A DNA stretch of 64,000 nucleotides, from NCBI GenBank assembly GCA_041649715.1, contig JBAZMP010000001.1, forward strand, positions 18,741 to 82,740. Reading direction: 5' to 3'. A program made the position numbers and the translations under genes. The DNA is from Patescibacteria group bacterium. GTDB taxonomy: Bacteria; Patescibacteriota; Patescibacteriia; JAXHNJ01. Position 1 is the first letter of the stretch. The number at the start of each line of letters is the position of its first letter. Under the pieces are notes generated by a model. It was not told the DNA's origin. It saw only the letters and a program-made list of their open reading frames with translations, and did not search any database. This document shows, piece after piece, positions 46,799-54,866 of the stretch.

Positions 46799-49342
46799 AT
46801 GCCTAAAAACAGGAAAAGAATCACTAAAAAATTTGTTCCCAGCCCAAGTCTTAAGGGCAAAGAAGCGGAGGTTTTGAAATCCGCGGAAAAAGGGGAGACC
46901 AATAATATCGGCCGCCTAGAAGCACGTTCGATCACAGACGAAATGGAAGAATCTTATTTGGACTATGCCATGTCGGTTATTATCTCGCGCGCCTTGCCGG
47001 ATGTGCGGGACGGCTTGAAGCCGGTCCACCGCCGGATTTTATACGGCATGTGGAAAATCGGTCTGACGGCGTCCGCGAAATACCGGAAATCCGCCACGGT
47101 CGTCGGCGAAGTTTTGGGTAAATATCATCCGCATGGCGATGTCGCCGTTTATGATTCTATGGTTAGGATGGCCCAAGATTTTTCCTTGCGCTACCCCCTA
47201 GTAAATGGCCAGGGCAACTTTGGTTCTTTGGACGGCGATGGCCCGGCGGCCATGCGCTATACCGAAGCCAAACTGGCCAGAATCGCGGAAGAATTGCTTC
47301 TTGACTTGGAAAAAAATACCGTGGATTTTGTCCCCAACTATGACGGGACTCATAAGGAACCGAAGGTTCTGCCGGCCCTGCTTCCCAATTTTTTGCTCAA
47401 TGGCACCGTCGGCATTGCGGTGGGAATGGCCACCAATGTTCCGCCGCATAACTTGGGAGAAGTGATTGACGGCATCGTTCATGTTATCGATCATCCTGAA
47501 GCGGATACCGAGGATTTGATGCAGTTCATCAAGGGTCCGGATTTTCCTACGGGCGGTCTGATCTATAACAGGGATGATATCAAACAGGCTTACGGCACGG
47601 GCCGGGGCGGCATTGTCATGCGGGCTAAGACGGAAATCGTTGAGGATAAAAACGGCGCCTACAAGATCATCATCAATGAGATACCCTATCAGGTGAACAA
47701 GGCCGTGCTGCTGGAAAAAATGGCGGATTTGGTCCGGGACAAAAAACTGGAAGGACTGAGGGATTTAAGGGACGAATCCGATAAAGACGGAGTGCGCATT
47801 GTCATCGAGCTAAAGAAAGAAGCTTACCCCAAGAAGGTTTTAAACAAACTTTTTTCCCTGACCCAATTGCAGGAAACTTTTCATGTTAACATGCTCGCGC
47901 TCGTTGATGGTTTGCAGCCGCGAGTTTTGAACCTGAAGATGGTTTTAGAGGAATACATCAAGCACCGTAAGGAGATCGTGACGCGCCGGACAGAGTTTGA
48001 ATTGGAGCAGGCCAAATTACGGGCCCATATTTTGGAAGGATTGAAAATCTGCCTGGCCAAGCTTGAAGCCGTCATTCGTCTGATAAAAAATTCCAAAGAT
48101 AAGGACCAGGCCAAGGTGAATTTAATGAAACGGTTCAAGCTATCGGAAATTCAGGCCAACGCCATCCTGGAAATGAAGCTCTCGCAATTATCAAATCTGG
48201 AGCGGCAGAAAATTTTAGACGAATTAAAGGAAAAACTGACCCTGATTAAAGAACTAAAGGGTATTCTAGCCTCCAAGGCGAAAATATTGGCGATCATAAA
48301 AAAAGAGCTGGCGGATTTAAGGCAGAAGTACGCCGATCCCAGAAAAACCGAAGTGGTGGCCAATCCCATCGGCAAGTTCACCCAGGAGGATTTAGTGCCG
48401 AACGAACCGGCCATTGTAATGATGACCCGTGACGGCTACATCAAGCGTTTAAGTCCGGAGACTTTCCGCACCCAAAGCCGCGGCGGCAAAGGGGTGATCG
48501 GCCTGACCACCAAAGAGGAAGATATCGTGGAAATGTTTTTGTCGACCACGACGCACGCGGATCTGTTGTTTTTCACCAGTCGCGGCAAGGTCTTTTCCTT
48601 GAAAGCCTATGATGTGCCGGCCGCTTCCCGCACGGCTAAGGGCCAGGCGGTCGTAAATTTCCTCCAGCTAGATTCCGCAGAGAAAGTTTCCGCCCTGCTG
48701 CCCCTGACCGAGCTTAAAGATTATAAATTTCTGGTGATGGTGACCCGCAACGGCGTGATCAAAAAAGTGGACATAAAGTTGTTTGAAGATATCAGGCGTT
48801 CCGGCCTCATCGCCGTCAAATTGAAAGAAAACGATGAGTTGAACTGGGTCAAGCCTTCAAACGGCCAGAGCGAAATAATCCTGGCCACCGCAGAAGGCCA
48901 GGCGATCCGGTTTAAGGAAAAAGACGTCCGGCCGATGGGGCGCGGGGCGGCCGGCGTCCGGGCCATTCGGCTAAAAGGCAAGGATATCGTGGCCGGCATG
49001 GATATCATCGATCTGGGGGAAGATACTTCTATTTTGCAGCTGGCGGTGGTCATGCAAAACGGTTTCGGCAAAAGAACAGGGGTGAAAAGCTATAAAGTTC
49101 AGCATCGCGGCGGCAGCGGTGTTAAAACAGCGAAGATAACTCCGAAGACCGGCCGCATCATCTCCGGCTTTATCGTCAATCAAAAGCTGGAAAAAGAAGA
49201 TCTGATCATCATCTCCCGCAAAGGCCAGGTCATCCGATTGCCCTTAAAAAGCGTTTCTGTTTTAGGACGGGCCACTCAGGGCGTGAGGCTGATGCGTTTT
49301 TCCGAAAAGGATGACGCGGTTGCTTCCGTTACATTTATTTAA
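46799..49342 (+). CDS. gyrA: DNA gyrase subunit A
   Basis: 847 aa. [17 protein letters not shown]. Active-site Tyr region. C-terminal beta-pinwheel repeats. Confidence 0.95.
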   Translation: MPKNRKRITKKFVPSPSLKGKEAEVLKSAEKGETNNIGRLEARSITDEMEESYLDYAMSVIISRALPDVRDGLKPVHRRILYGMWKIGLTASAKYRKSATVVGEVLGKYHPHGDVAVYDSMVRMAQDFSLRYPLVNGQGNFGSLDGDGPAAMRYTEAKLARIAEELLLDLEKNTVDFVPNYDGTHKEPKVLPALLPNFLLNGTVGIAVGMATNVPPHNLGEVIDGIVHVIDHPEADTEDLMQFIKGPDFPTGGLIYNRDDIKQAYGTGRGGIVMRAKTEIVEDKNGAYKIIINEIPYQVNKAVLLEKMADLVRDKKLEGLRDLRDESDKDGVRIVIELKKEAYPKKVLNKLFSLTQLQETFHVNMLALVDGLQPRVLNLKMVLEEYIKHRKEIVTRRTEFELEQAKLRAHILEGLKICLAKLEAVIRLIKNSKDKDQAKVNLMKRFKLSEIQANAILEMKLSQLSNLERQKILDELKEKLTLIKELKGILASKAKILAIIKKELADLRQKYADPRKTEVVANPIGKFTQEDLVPNEPAIVMMTRDGYIKRLSPETFRTQSRGGKGVIGLTTKEEDIVEMFLSTTTHADLLFFTSRGKVFSLKAYDVPAASRTAKGQAVVNFLQLDSAEKVSALLPLTELKDYKFLVMVTRNGVIKKVDIKLFEDIRRSGLIAVKLKENDELNWVKPSNGQSEIILATAEGQAIRFKEKDVRPMGRGAAGVRAIRLKGKDIVAGMDIIDLGEDTSILQLAVVMQNGFGKRTGVKSYKVQHRGGSGVKTAKITPKTGRIISGFIVNQKLEKEDLIIISRKGQVIRLPLKSVSVLGRATQGVRLMRFSEKDDAVASVTFI

Positions 49343-49364
49343 CAACTAACATCAATATTATTTT

Positions 49365-49643
49365 ATGTCAGTTCCCTCCAAAAGAAGACCAAGAAGTGAA
49401 GCCGGCGGGCGCGCGTTTCACCTGCGTTTGAAAAAAAGAATGTTGATAGCCTGTTCCCATTGTAAAAAGGAGATACCGACGCACCGGGTCTGTCCTTTCT
49501 GCGGCTATTACAAGGGAAGAGAAGTTATTCACATCAAATTAAAAAAGGAAAAAGGCAAAAAGCATAAAGAGAAGGCTGACCAGAATGAAAAAGTCCCAGC
49601 CAAAGAAAATAAGCCGGAAAAAAAGTCCAAAGAAAAAAAATAA
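49365..49643 (+). CDS. rpmF: 50S ribosomal protein L32 with Lys-rich C-terminal extension
   Basis: 92 aa. CPFCGYYKGREVI matches the L32 core (GYYRGRKVI). The extension KLKKEKGKKHKEK... is unusual for L32. Confidence 0.7.
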   Translation: MSVPSKRRPRSEAGGRAFHLRLKKRMLIACSHCKKEIPTHRVCPFCGYYKGREVIHIKLKKEKGKKHKEKADQNEKVPAKENKPEKKSKEKK

Positions 49644-49859
49644 TACACAAATCCGGCTGAACCCGTAATATCCTTTTTTATAAATACACCAGTACTTTTT
49701 CGGACTGGCGGCAGTTTTATTTTAGCCGAGAGCCAGCTAAATATGGTAGATTGCTTATATCATCCGTTCTATTTTTCATTTTCTTCTGTTTATTGCCGAC
49801 TTGAAAATATTTCTCCGATATTATATCCTAAAAGCAGGGTCAAATATTTTTTTAAACCT

Positions 49860-50303
49860 ATGTCAAACCGTCATTTATCCCGTACGATCGCCATGCAGAC
49901 GCTTTATGAGTGGGATTTTAACGAGAGAAAAGACCAGGATTTGACCGATAACATAAAAATAAATGCCCATGAATTCGCGCCGGATTTTGATGATGAGGGT
50001 TTTGCCCGCTCAATCGTCGAGGGGGTGAAGAAAAATATCGAGCAGATCGACCGTTTAATCACGAAATACGCCCCGGAGTGGCCCCTAGACCAAATTACGA
50101 TCGTCGACCGCAATGTTCTCCGCATCGGCATCTACGAATTGAAATTTTCCGCCGATATTCCGCCCAAAGTCGCCATCAATGAGGCCATTGAATTAGCCAA
50201 GGGTTTTGGCGGCGAATCATCAGGCAAGTTCGTAAACGGGGTGCTAGGGGCGATTTTCCGCGACGAGGGCGGCGAGGAAAATCAAAAAAAATCAGACAAA
50301 TAG
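49860..50303 (+). CDS. nusB: transcription antitermination factor NusB
   Basis: Start [20 protein letters not shown] matches the NusB N-terminus. The ORF track starts earlier, at 49743. Confidence 0.8.
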   Translation: MSNRHLSRTIAMQTLYEWDFNERKDQDLTDNIKINAHEFAPDFDDEGFARSIVEGVKKNIEQIDRLITKYAPEWPLDQITIVDRNVLRIGIYELKFSADIPPKVAINEAIELAKGFGGESSGKFVNGVLGAIFRDEGGEENQKKSDK

Positions 50304-50368
50304 CGTTAATAGCCGGACTTAAGGGATTGAAAATCAATCTTTTGTGTCTGGCGGTTAGGAAACGGAAA

Positions 50369-51061
50369 ATGAAGGATTTTTCCCAATTAGAGAAAAAAAT
50401 CGGCCTTAAGTTCAAAAAAAAGGACCTGCTTAAACAGGCCATGGTTCATCGTTCTTACCTGAACGAGAACCCCACTTTCCCTTTGCCGCATAACGAAAGG
50501 CTGGAATTTTTAGGCGACGCCGTTTTAGAACTGGTGGTCACTTTGTATCTGTATAAGAATTTTCCCAATCCGGAAGGGGATCTGACCAATTTCCGGGCGA
50601 GCCTGGTCAATACCCGGATGCTGGCGAAAATGGCCGAAAATCTGGGTTTTGACGATTATTTATACTTAAGCAAGGGCGAGGCGAAAGACGATAAATCAAA
50701 AGCCCGGCAGACGATCTTGGCCAATTCTTTTGAATCAGTGGTCGGCGCTATTTATCTTGATCACGGGTTTGGGCAGGCGGAAAACTTTATCAAAGAGAAG
50801 CTGCTTAAGGAACTGCCGGACATCTTGAAGGAAAGAAAATACCTGGACGCCAAGAGCAAATTGCAGGAGATAGTCCAGGCCAAAATCGGAGTGACCCCGG
50901 CCTACAAGGTGATCGATGAGTGGGGGCCCGATCACAACCGCCGTTTCAAAATCGGCGTCTTTTTCGGCCGCGAGTCGGTGGCCGAAGGAGAAGGGTATTC
51001 CAAGCAGGAGGCCCAGATGACGGCGGCGGAAAACGCCCTAAAAACGAAAGGTTGGCTCTAA
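50369..51061 (+). CDS. rnc: ribonuclease III
   Basis: ERLEFLGDAVLELVV RNase III signature plus a C-terminal dsRBD. Probable start MKDFSQLEKKIG. Confidence 0.9.
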   Translation: MKDFSQLEKKIGLKFKKKDLLKQAMVHRSYLNENPTFPLPHNERLEFLGDAVLELVVTLYLYKNFPNPEGDLTNFRASLVNTRMLAKMAENLGFDDYLYLSKGEAKDDKSKARQTILANSFESVVGAIYLDHGFGQAENFIKEKLLKELPDILKERKYLDAKSKLQEIVQAKIGVTPAYKVIDEWGPDHNRRFKIGVFFGRESVAEGEGYSKQEAQMTAAENALKTKGWL

Positions 51062-51065
51062 TTTT

Positions 51066-51557
51066 ATGGATTTAGGCCTGACACTTGTATTAATCATTTG
51101 CGGCCTGATAATGATGGCCGGACTTTTCAGCATCATTTTTCCTTATTTACCGAGCATTCCCCTGATCTGGCTGGGGATTTTTTTATTCGCCGTGGCCAAC
51201 AAATTCGAGAAAATTGACGAGAAATTTCTGCTCTTGATGACCGTTCTGCTTTTGGTGGTGATATTATTGGATTACATGACCGATTATTGGGGGGCCAAAG
51301 GTCTTGTTTTCAGCTTCTGGGCCATCTTAGGGGCGGTGATCGGCGGCCTCATCGGCTCTCTTTTCAATATTATTTGGGGCTTGATTCTCGGTCCCCTGGT
51401 CGGCGCTTTGCTTGGAGAAATCATGTCCGGCCAGGACCTGGCTTTTGCCATAAAAACGAAAAGATACACCATAATTTGCTATGTCGCCGGCACCATTATC
51501 AAAATAAGCGTGGGGGTGGCGATGGTCGGGCTTTTTATCTGGAAATTAACCAGTTGA
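51066..51557 (+). CDS. DUF456-like small membrane protein
   Basis: 163 aa, 4 TM, Gly-rich helices. Confidence 0.5.
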   Translation: MDLGLTLVLIICGLIMMAGLFSIIFPYLPSIPLIWLGIFLFAVANKFEKIDEKFLLLMTVLLLVVILLDYMTDYWGAKGLVFSFWAILGAVIGGLIGSLFNIIWGLILGPLVGALLGEIMSGQDLAFAIKTKRYTIICYVAGTIIKISVGVAMVGLFIWKLTS

Positions 51558-51664
51558 AATTGATAAAATTATTAGAAATCGCAAATCCGCCTATACAAGG
51601 CGTTTTTTGGCCTAAAAAAAGTCCGGCCTATTAAGGTTTTCTGGCCGGACAAAAGATCACTGCT

Positions 51665-51910
51665 TTAAGAACGAAGCAGACGGGAATAAAAGTCATGTAT
51701 CAACTGCGCGGTTAATTGTTGCAAGGTTAGGCGCATTTTTTCCATTCTTCTGTTGGTCGCGGCCGTTATCTCGTCGTCCGTGAAACCCATGGCCGCCAGT
51801 TCATCATAAAGATTGAATTGAGCGCCTCGCCGGCTTTTTTCTAAAAGTATCTCCATGGCTCCGTCAATCAATAGTATTCGAAAGTCTTTGATCGTAATGC
51901 TCATTTTCAC
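51665..51910 (-). CDS. hypothetical 81-aa protein
   Basis: GAGGTG RBS 5 nt upstream of the ATG. GC-rich. No recognizable domain. Confidence 0.4.
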   Translation of the reverse strand: MKMSITIKDFRILLIDGAMEILLEKSRRGAQFNLYDELAAMGFTDDEITAATNRRMEKMRLTLQQLTAQLIHDFYSRLLRS

Positions 51911-52118
51911 CTCGCAGGTTATGGGTAAAGAGCAATCTAAAATTATCTAATCTCATTTTATCATATTTGTCAAGATTTGACCTTCTTGCTAAGATAAAAT
52001 ACTTTGTACATTGAAAGCTAAGTAGTTTTTTAAGGGCAGAATTGAAGGGAGGTTCTGAATTTAGATAGGTTATTAATTCATGGGTCAAACAGAGGATGAG
52101 GCCTGAAAGGAGAGGAAG

Positions 52119-53096
52119 ATGAAGAATTTTGCCGATCGGCTTATTGAGGCCATCCAGGCCAAAAAGTCCTACCTTTGTGTGGGGCTTGATCCTCAGCTGC
52201 GGTATTTCCCGCCGCTTCTGCTGAAGAATTGTGCTTCGTTGGGCGAGATGGGAGGCGTGGGAGAAGCCATCTTGACTTTCAATCGCTCCATCATCAACGC
52301 CACGGCCGAATACGCCGCCTGCTACAAGACGCAGATGGCTTTTTACGAGCAGTACGGTCCGACGGGCATCTGGGCTTTTCAGGAAACCGTCAGATACGCT
52401 CACGAGAAGGGAGAGCTGGTCGTCGAAGACGCCAAGCGGGGGGACGGCGGCGACACGGCCGAAGCCTATGCCGAGGGTCATCTCGGGCTGATCGATGTCA
52501 TCGGTCCCGACGGGGAACTCGTCAAAGCGAGATCCCCATACGATGTGGACGCGATCACCATCCACGACTGGATAGACGAGCCTTGTCACGAGCCCTTTAT
52601 CAGAGTGGCTGTCCGTGAAGGCAAGGGCGTATTCGTCGTGGACAAGACTTCCTTCAAGCCGGCTTCGCGTTTCCAGGAGATGGCGGACGCCGACGGCGAA
52701 AAAGGCTGGGTCAAGATGGCAAAGGTCATCAAGGTCCTGGGTGAAAGCCTGAAGGGTGAACACGGCTATTCTCCCATCGGCGTGGTGATGGGCGCCACTT
52801 ATCCGGAAGAAGCCAAACTCATGAGAGAACTGCTGCCGGAGGCGTTCAAACTCATCCCCGGTTTTGGTGTCCAGGGCGGCGGGGCGGATGAAGCGGTCGT
52901 CTGCATCAATCCGGACGGATTCGGCATCCTCCCCAACAATTCCCGGGGCACCAACTATGCCTGGCATCCGAAGTTCAAATCGGAATTCCAAGGCGATCCC
53001 ATGAGCTATATCATATCGTCGGCCAGGGAAACGAAGAAGTGTCGCGACGCCCTCAACGCGGCGGTGCTGAAGAAGAACGGTTCTTTGCCCTGGTAG
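52119..53096 (+). CDS. pyrF: orotidine 5'-phosphate decarboxylase, type 2
   Basis: 325 aa. KSYLCVGLDP. DAKRGDGGDT. RBS GAAAGGAGAGG. Ends in a TAG stop. The antisense ORF 51864..53099 is a GC-rich shadow. Confidence 0.85.
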   Translation: MKNFADRLIEAIQAKKSYLCVGLDPQLRYFPPLLLKNCASLGEMGGVGEAILTFNRSIINATAEYAACYKTQMAFYEQYGPTGIWAFQETVRYAHEKGELVVEDAKRGDGGDTAEAYAEGHLGLIDVIGPDGELVKARSPYDVDAITIHDWIDEPCHEPFIRVAVREGKGVFVVDKTSFKPASRFQEMADADGEKGWVKMAKVIKVLGESLKGEHGYSPIGVVMGATYPEEAKLMRELLPEAFKLIPGFGVQGGGADEAVVCINPDGFGILPNNSRGTNYAWHPKFKSEFQGDPMSYIISSARETKKCRDALNAAVLKKNGSLPW

Positions 53097-53139
53097 CAAG
53101 TGATCGTAAACCCTAACCCTTTTAAGGGGGTGAAAGAAA

Positions 53140-53874
53140 ATGGATGAGGAAGAAATCCTGCAAGTCTTTGAGAGATCGGGCGCCTTGTTGCGGAATACTC
53201 ACGTGGTTCTGACCAAAAAGGAATTTCCCAAGGGTTCCGGCGACCTGCACTGGTTCCACAGCGATCAGTACGTGAACAAGGACGCTCTTTTCACCCGGCC
53301 TCATGATCTAGCGTGTCTCGGCGCGGAAATTGCCGAACACTATGACGGTCGGGGGATTGAAATCGTCGTCGGACCGGCGGTCGGCGCGGTCGGCCTTTCT
53401 CTATTGGTCGGCTCCAATCTCCAGCTTCTTGAAGAAGATGAAAGTCGCGTAATCCCCGTATACGCGGAGAAAGGGGTGGATGGAGAATTTATCATTCGGG
53501 GTTATTTTGCCACTCTTATTCCTGGCAAGAGAGTGCTGGTTGTGGAAGACGTGGCTTCTTCCGGGGGTTCGGCCAAGCGGGTTGTGGAGGCGGTCAGAAA
53601 AGCGGAAGGAATCGTTGATGATGTCGCTTTCCTCTGGAACCGCGGTCGGGTGACGCCTGCTGATCTGGGAGTGAACGAAGTTTTTTCTCTCCTGGAATCA
53701 GAGATGCCGATGTTTATCGCCGAAGAGGATGGCCAGTGTCCGCTCTGCCGGGACAGGATCCCGATTGACAAGCGCGTCGGCAAGTGGAAAGAATATCTCG
53801 AAGAAAAAGCCAGAGGTGACAGCCGTTTTGCCGACTGGTGTCGCAGTTTGCTCCATTTCAACGAGAAGATTTAA
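53140..53874 (+). CDS. pyrE: orotate phosphoribosyltransferase-like protein with C-terminal Cys-x2-Cys zinc-ribbon-like tail
   Basis: 244 aa. PRTase motif VLVVEDVASSGGS. Collinear with E. coli PyrE through ~residue 200. Extra ...GQCPLCRDRIP... tail. Confidence 0.7.
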   Translation: MDEEEILQVFERSGALLRNTHVVLTKKEFPKGSGDLHWFHSDQYVNKDALFTRPHDLACLGAEIAEHYDGRGIEIVVGPAVGAVGLSLLVGSNLQLLEEDESRVIPVYAEKGVDGEFIIRGYFATLIPGKRVLVVEDVASSGGSAKRVVEAVRKAEGIVDDVAFLWNRGRVTPADLGVNEVFSLLESEMPMFIAEEDGQCPLCRDRIPIDKRVGKWKEYLEEKARGDSRFADWCRSLLHFNEKI

Positions 53875-54023
53875 CCTTCAAGCGAACCCGCTCGACTTCA
53901 AGAGAGCGGGTTTTTTTATAGGCAAAAAAATCTATTGACATATAAAAAACAATGTGTTAAGATGGCGTATTCAAATACTTACTAGTTCCTTATTTGTGCT
54001 CATTATAGAAGGGAGAAATCCAA

Positions 54024-54400
54024 TGGATAAGAAAATACTGTTGCTATTAAATCGTTCGGTGCAAATGGATTCAGGGAGCGCCATCCTTTACGGAGGCAAA
54101 GAATTTGAAGTCATGACTTTTGAAGACGGCGACGAGGCAATTAACATGGCTCGCGACTGGCAGCCTGATTTTATCCTGGTTGATATCATTACCCCGAAAC
54201 TCGACGGCTACGAAGTCTGCCGGATTATCAAAGGAAATCCGCTCACCAGACATATTCACGTGGTGCTTGTCACCGGTCATGACCGCGAAATAGACAAGCG
54301 GCTGGGCCAGCAAGTTGGGGCGGCCGGCAATTTGGTCAGACCGGTCAACGCCATGAGACTGATTGAGCTTATCAACCGGATTCTGGCTTTGCCAGGCTAG
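54024..54400 (+). CDS. single-domain response regulator (REC/CheY-like)
   Basis: Start MDKKILLLLNRS, with the RBS GAAGGGAGAAATCC. Phosphoacceptor Asp in FILVDIITPKLDGYEV. Conserved TGH...K. TAG stop. Terminator aaacccgcggccaag...gcgggtttttt at 54446-54481. Confidence 0.7.
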
Positions 54401-54551
54401 AAAATACAGAGTTGACGCCTATCTCACAATTTAGGATAAGAAAGTAAACCCGCGGCCAAGAAAAAGCAGCGGGTTTTTTTATCCACAATAATAGTATTTG
54501 ACAATCAAATTCATTTCCTATAACATAAGATAACTGTTGTTCAAAAAATAA

Positions 54552-54627
54552 GTGGGCGTAGCTCAACGGTTAGAGCGCCTGACTCTAAATCAGGATGTTG
54601 TTGGTTCAAATCCAATCACCCACTCCA
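54552..54627 (+). tRNA. tRNA with anticodon CTA (amber-reading), CCA encoded
   Basis: gtgggcg/ta/gctc-aacggtta-gagc/g/cctga-CTCTAAA-tcagg/atgtt/gttgg-ttcaaat-ccaat/cacccac-t-cca. One C6:A67 mismatch in the acceptor stem. Confidence 0.7.
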
Positions 54628-54649
54628 GATTTTCTTGCTCTTTAGCGTT

Positions 54650-54724
54650 GTCCCAGTAGCTCAGCGGTAGAGCGCCTGACTCTAAATCAGGCAGTCGGAG
54701 GTTCAACTCCTCTCTGGGACTCCA
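54650..54724 (+). tRNA. tRNA with anticodon CTA (amber-reading), second copy, CCA encoded
   Basis: gtcccag/ta/gctc-agcggta-gagc/g/cctga-CTCTAAA-tcagg/cagtc/ggagg-ttcaact-cctct/ctgggac-t-cca. Perfect acceptor stem. D-arm and anticodon arm are identical to the first copy. Acceptor and T arms differ. Confidence 0.75.
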
Positions 54725-54866
54725 AATTTTGAGGCTGGCAGGAAAAGCGATAAAAAAACCGCAGACTCTCCGCTAATCCTGGTCAGCCTTTTTCTATTGG
54801 CAAAACCAGGAAAATCTAGTAAAATAATAGGAAAGGGCGATTGTCGCCTTTTCTCATTTTTACGTT

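Noticed and set aside
51864-53099. 411-aa minus-strand ORF overlapping pyrF
   Set aside because: It is antisense to a well-supported pyrF with an RBS, has Arg/Gly/His-rich GC-shadow composition and no RBS or homology signal. It is typical of a spurious ORF in GC-rich DNA.
54552-54724. Considered that the CUA tRNAs are ordinary tRNA-Lys(CUU) or Leu(UAG) read on the wrong strand or register
   Set aside because: CCA ends and T-loops fix the plus-strand orientation. D-stem pairing fixes the register so that the loop is C-U-C-U-A-A-A in both copies. CUU would require an extra T that is absent in both.
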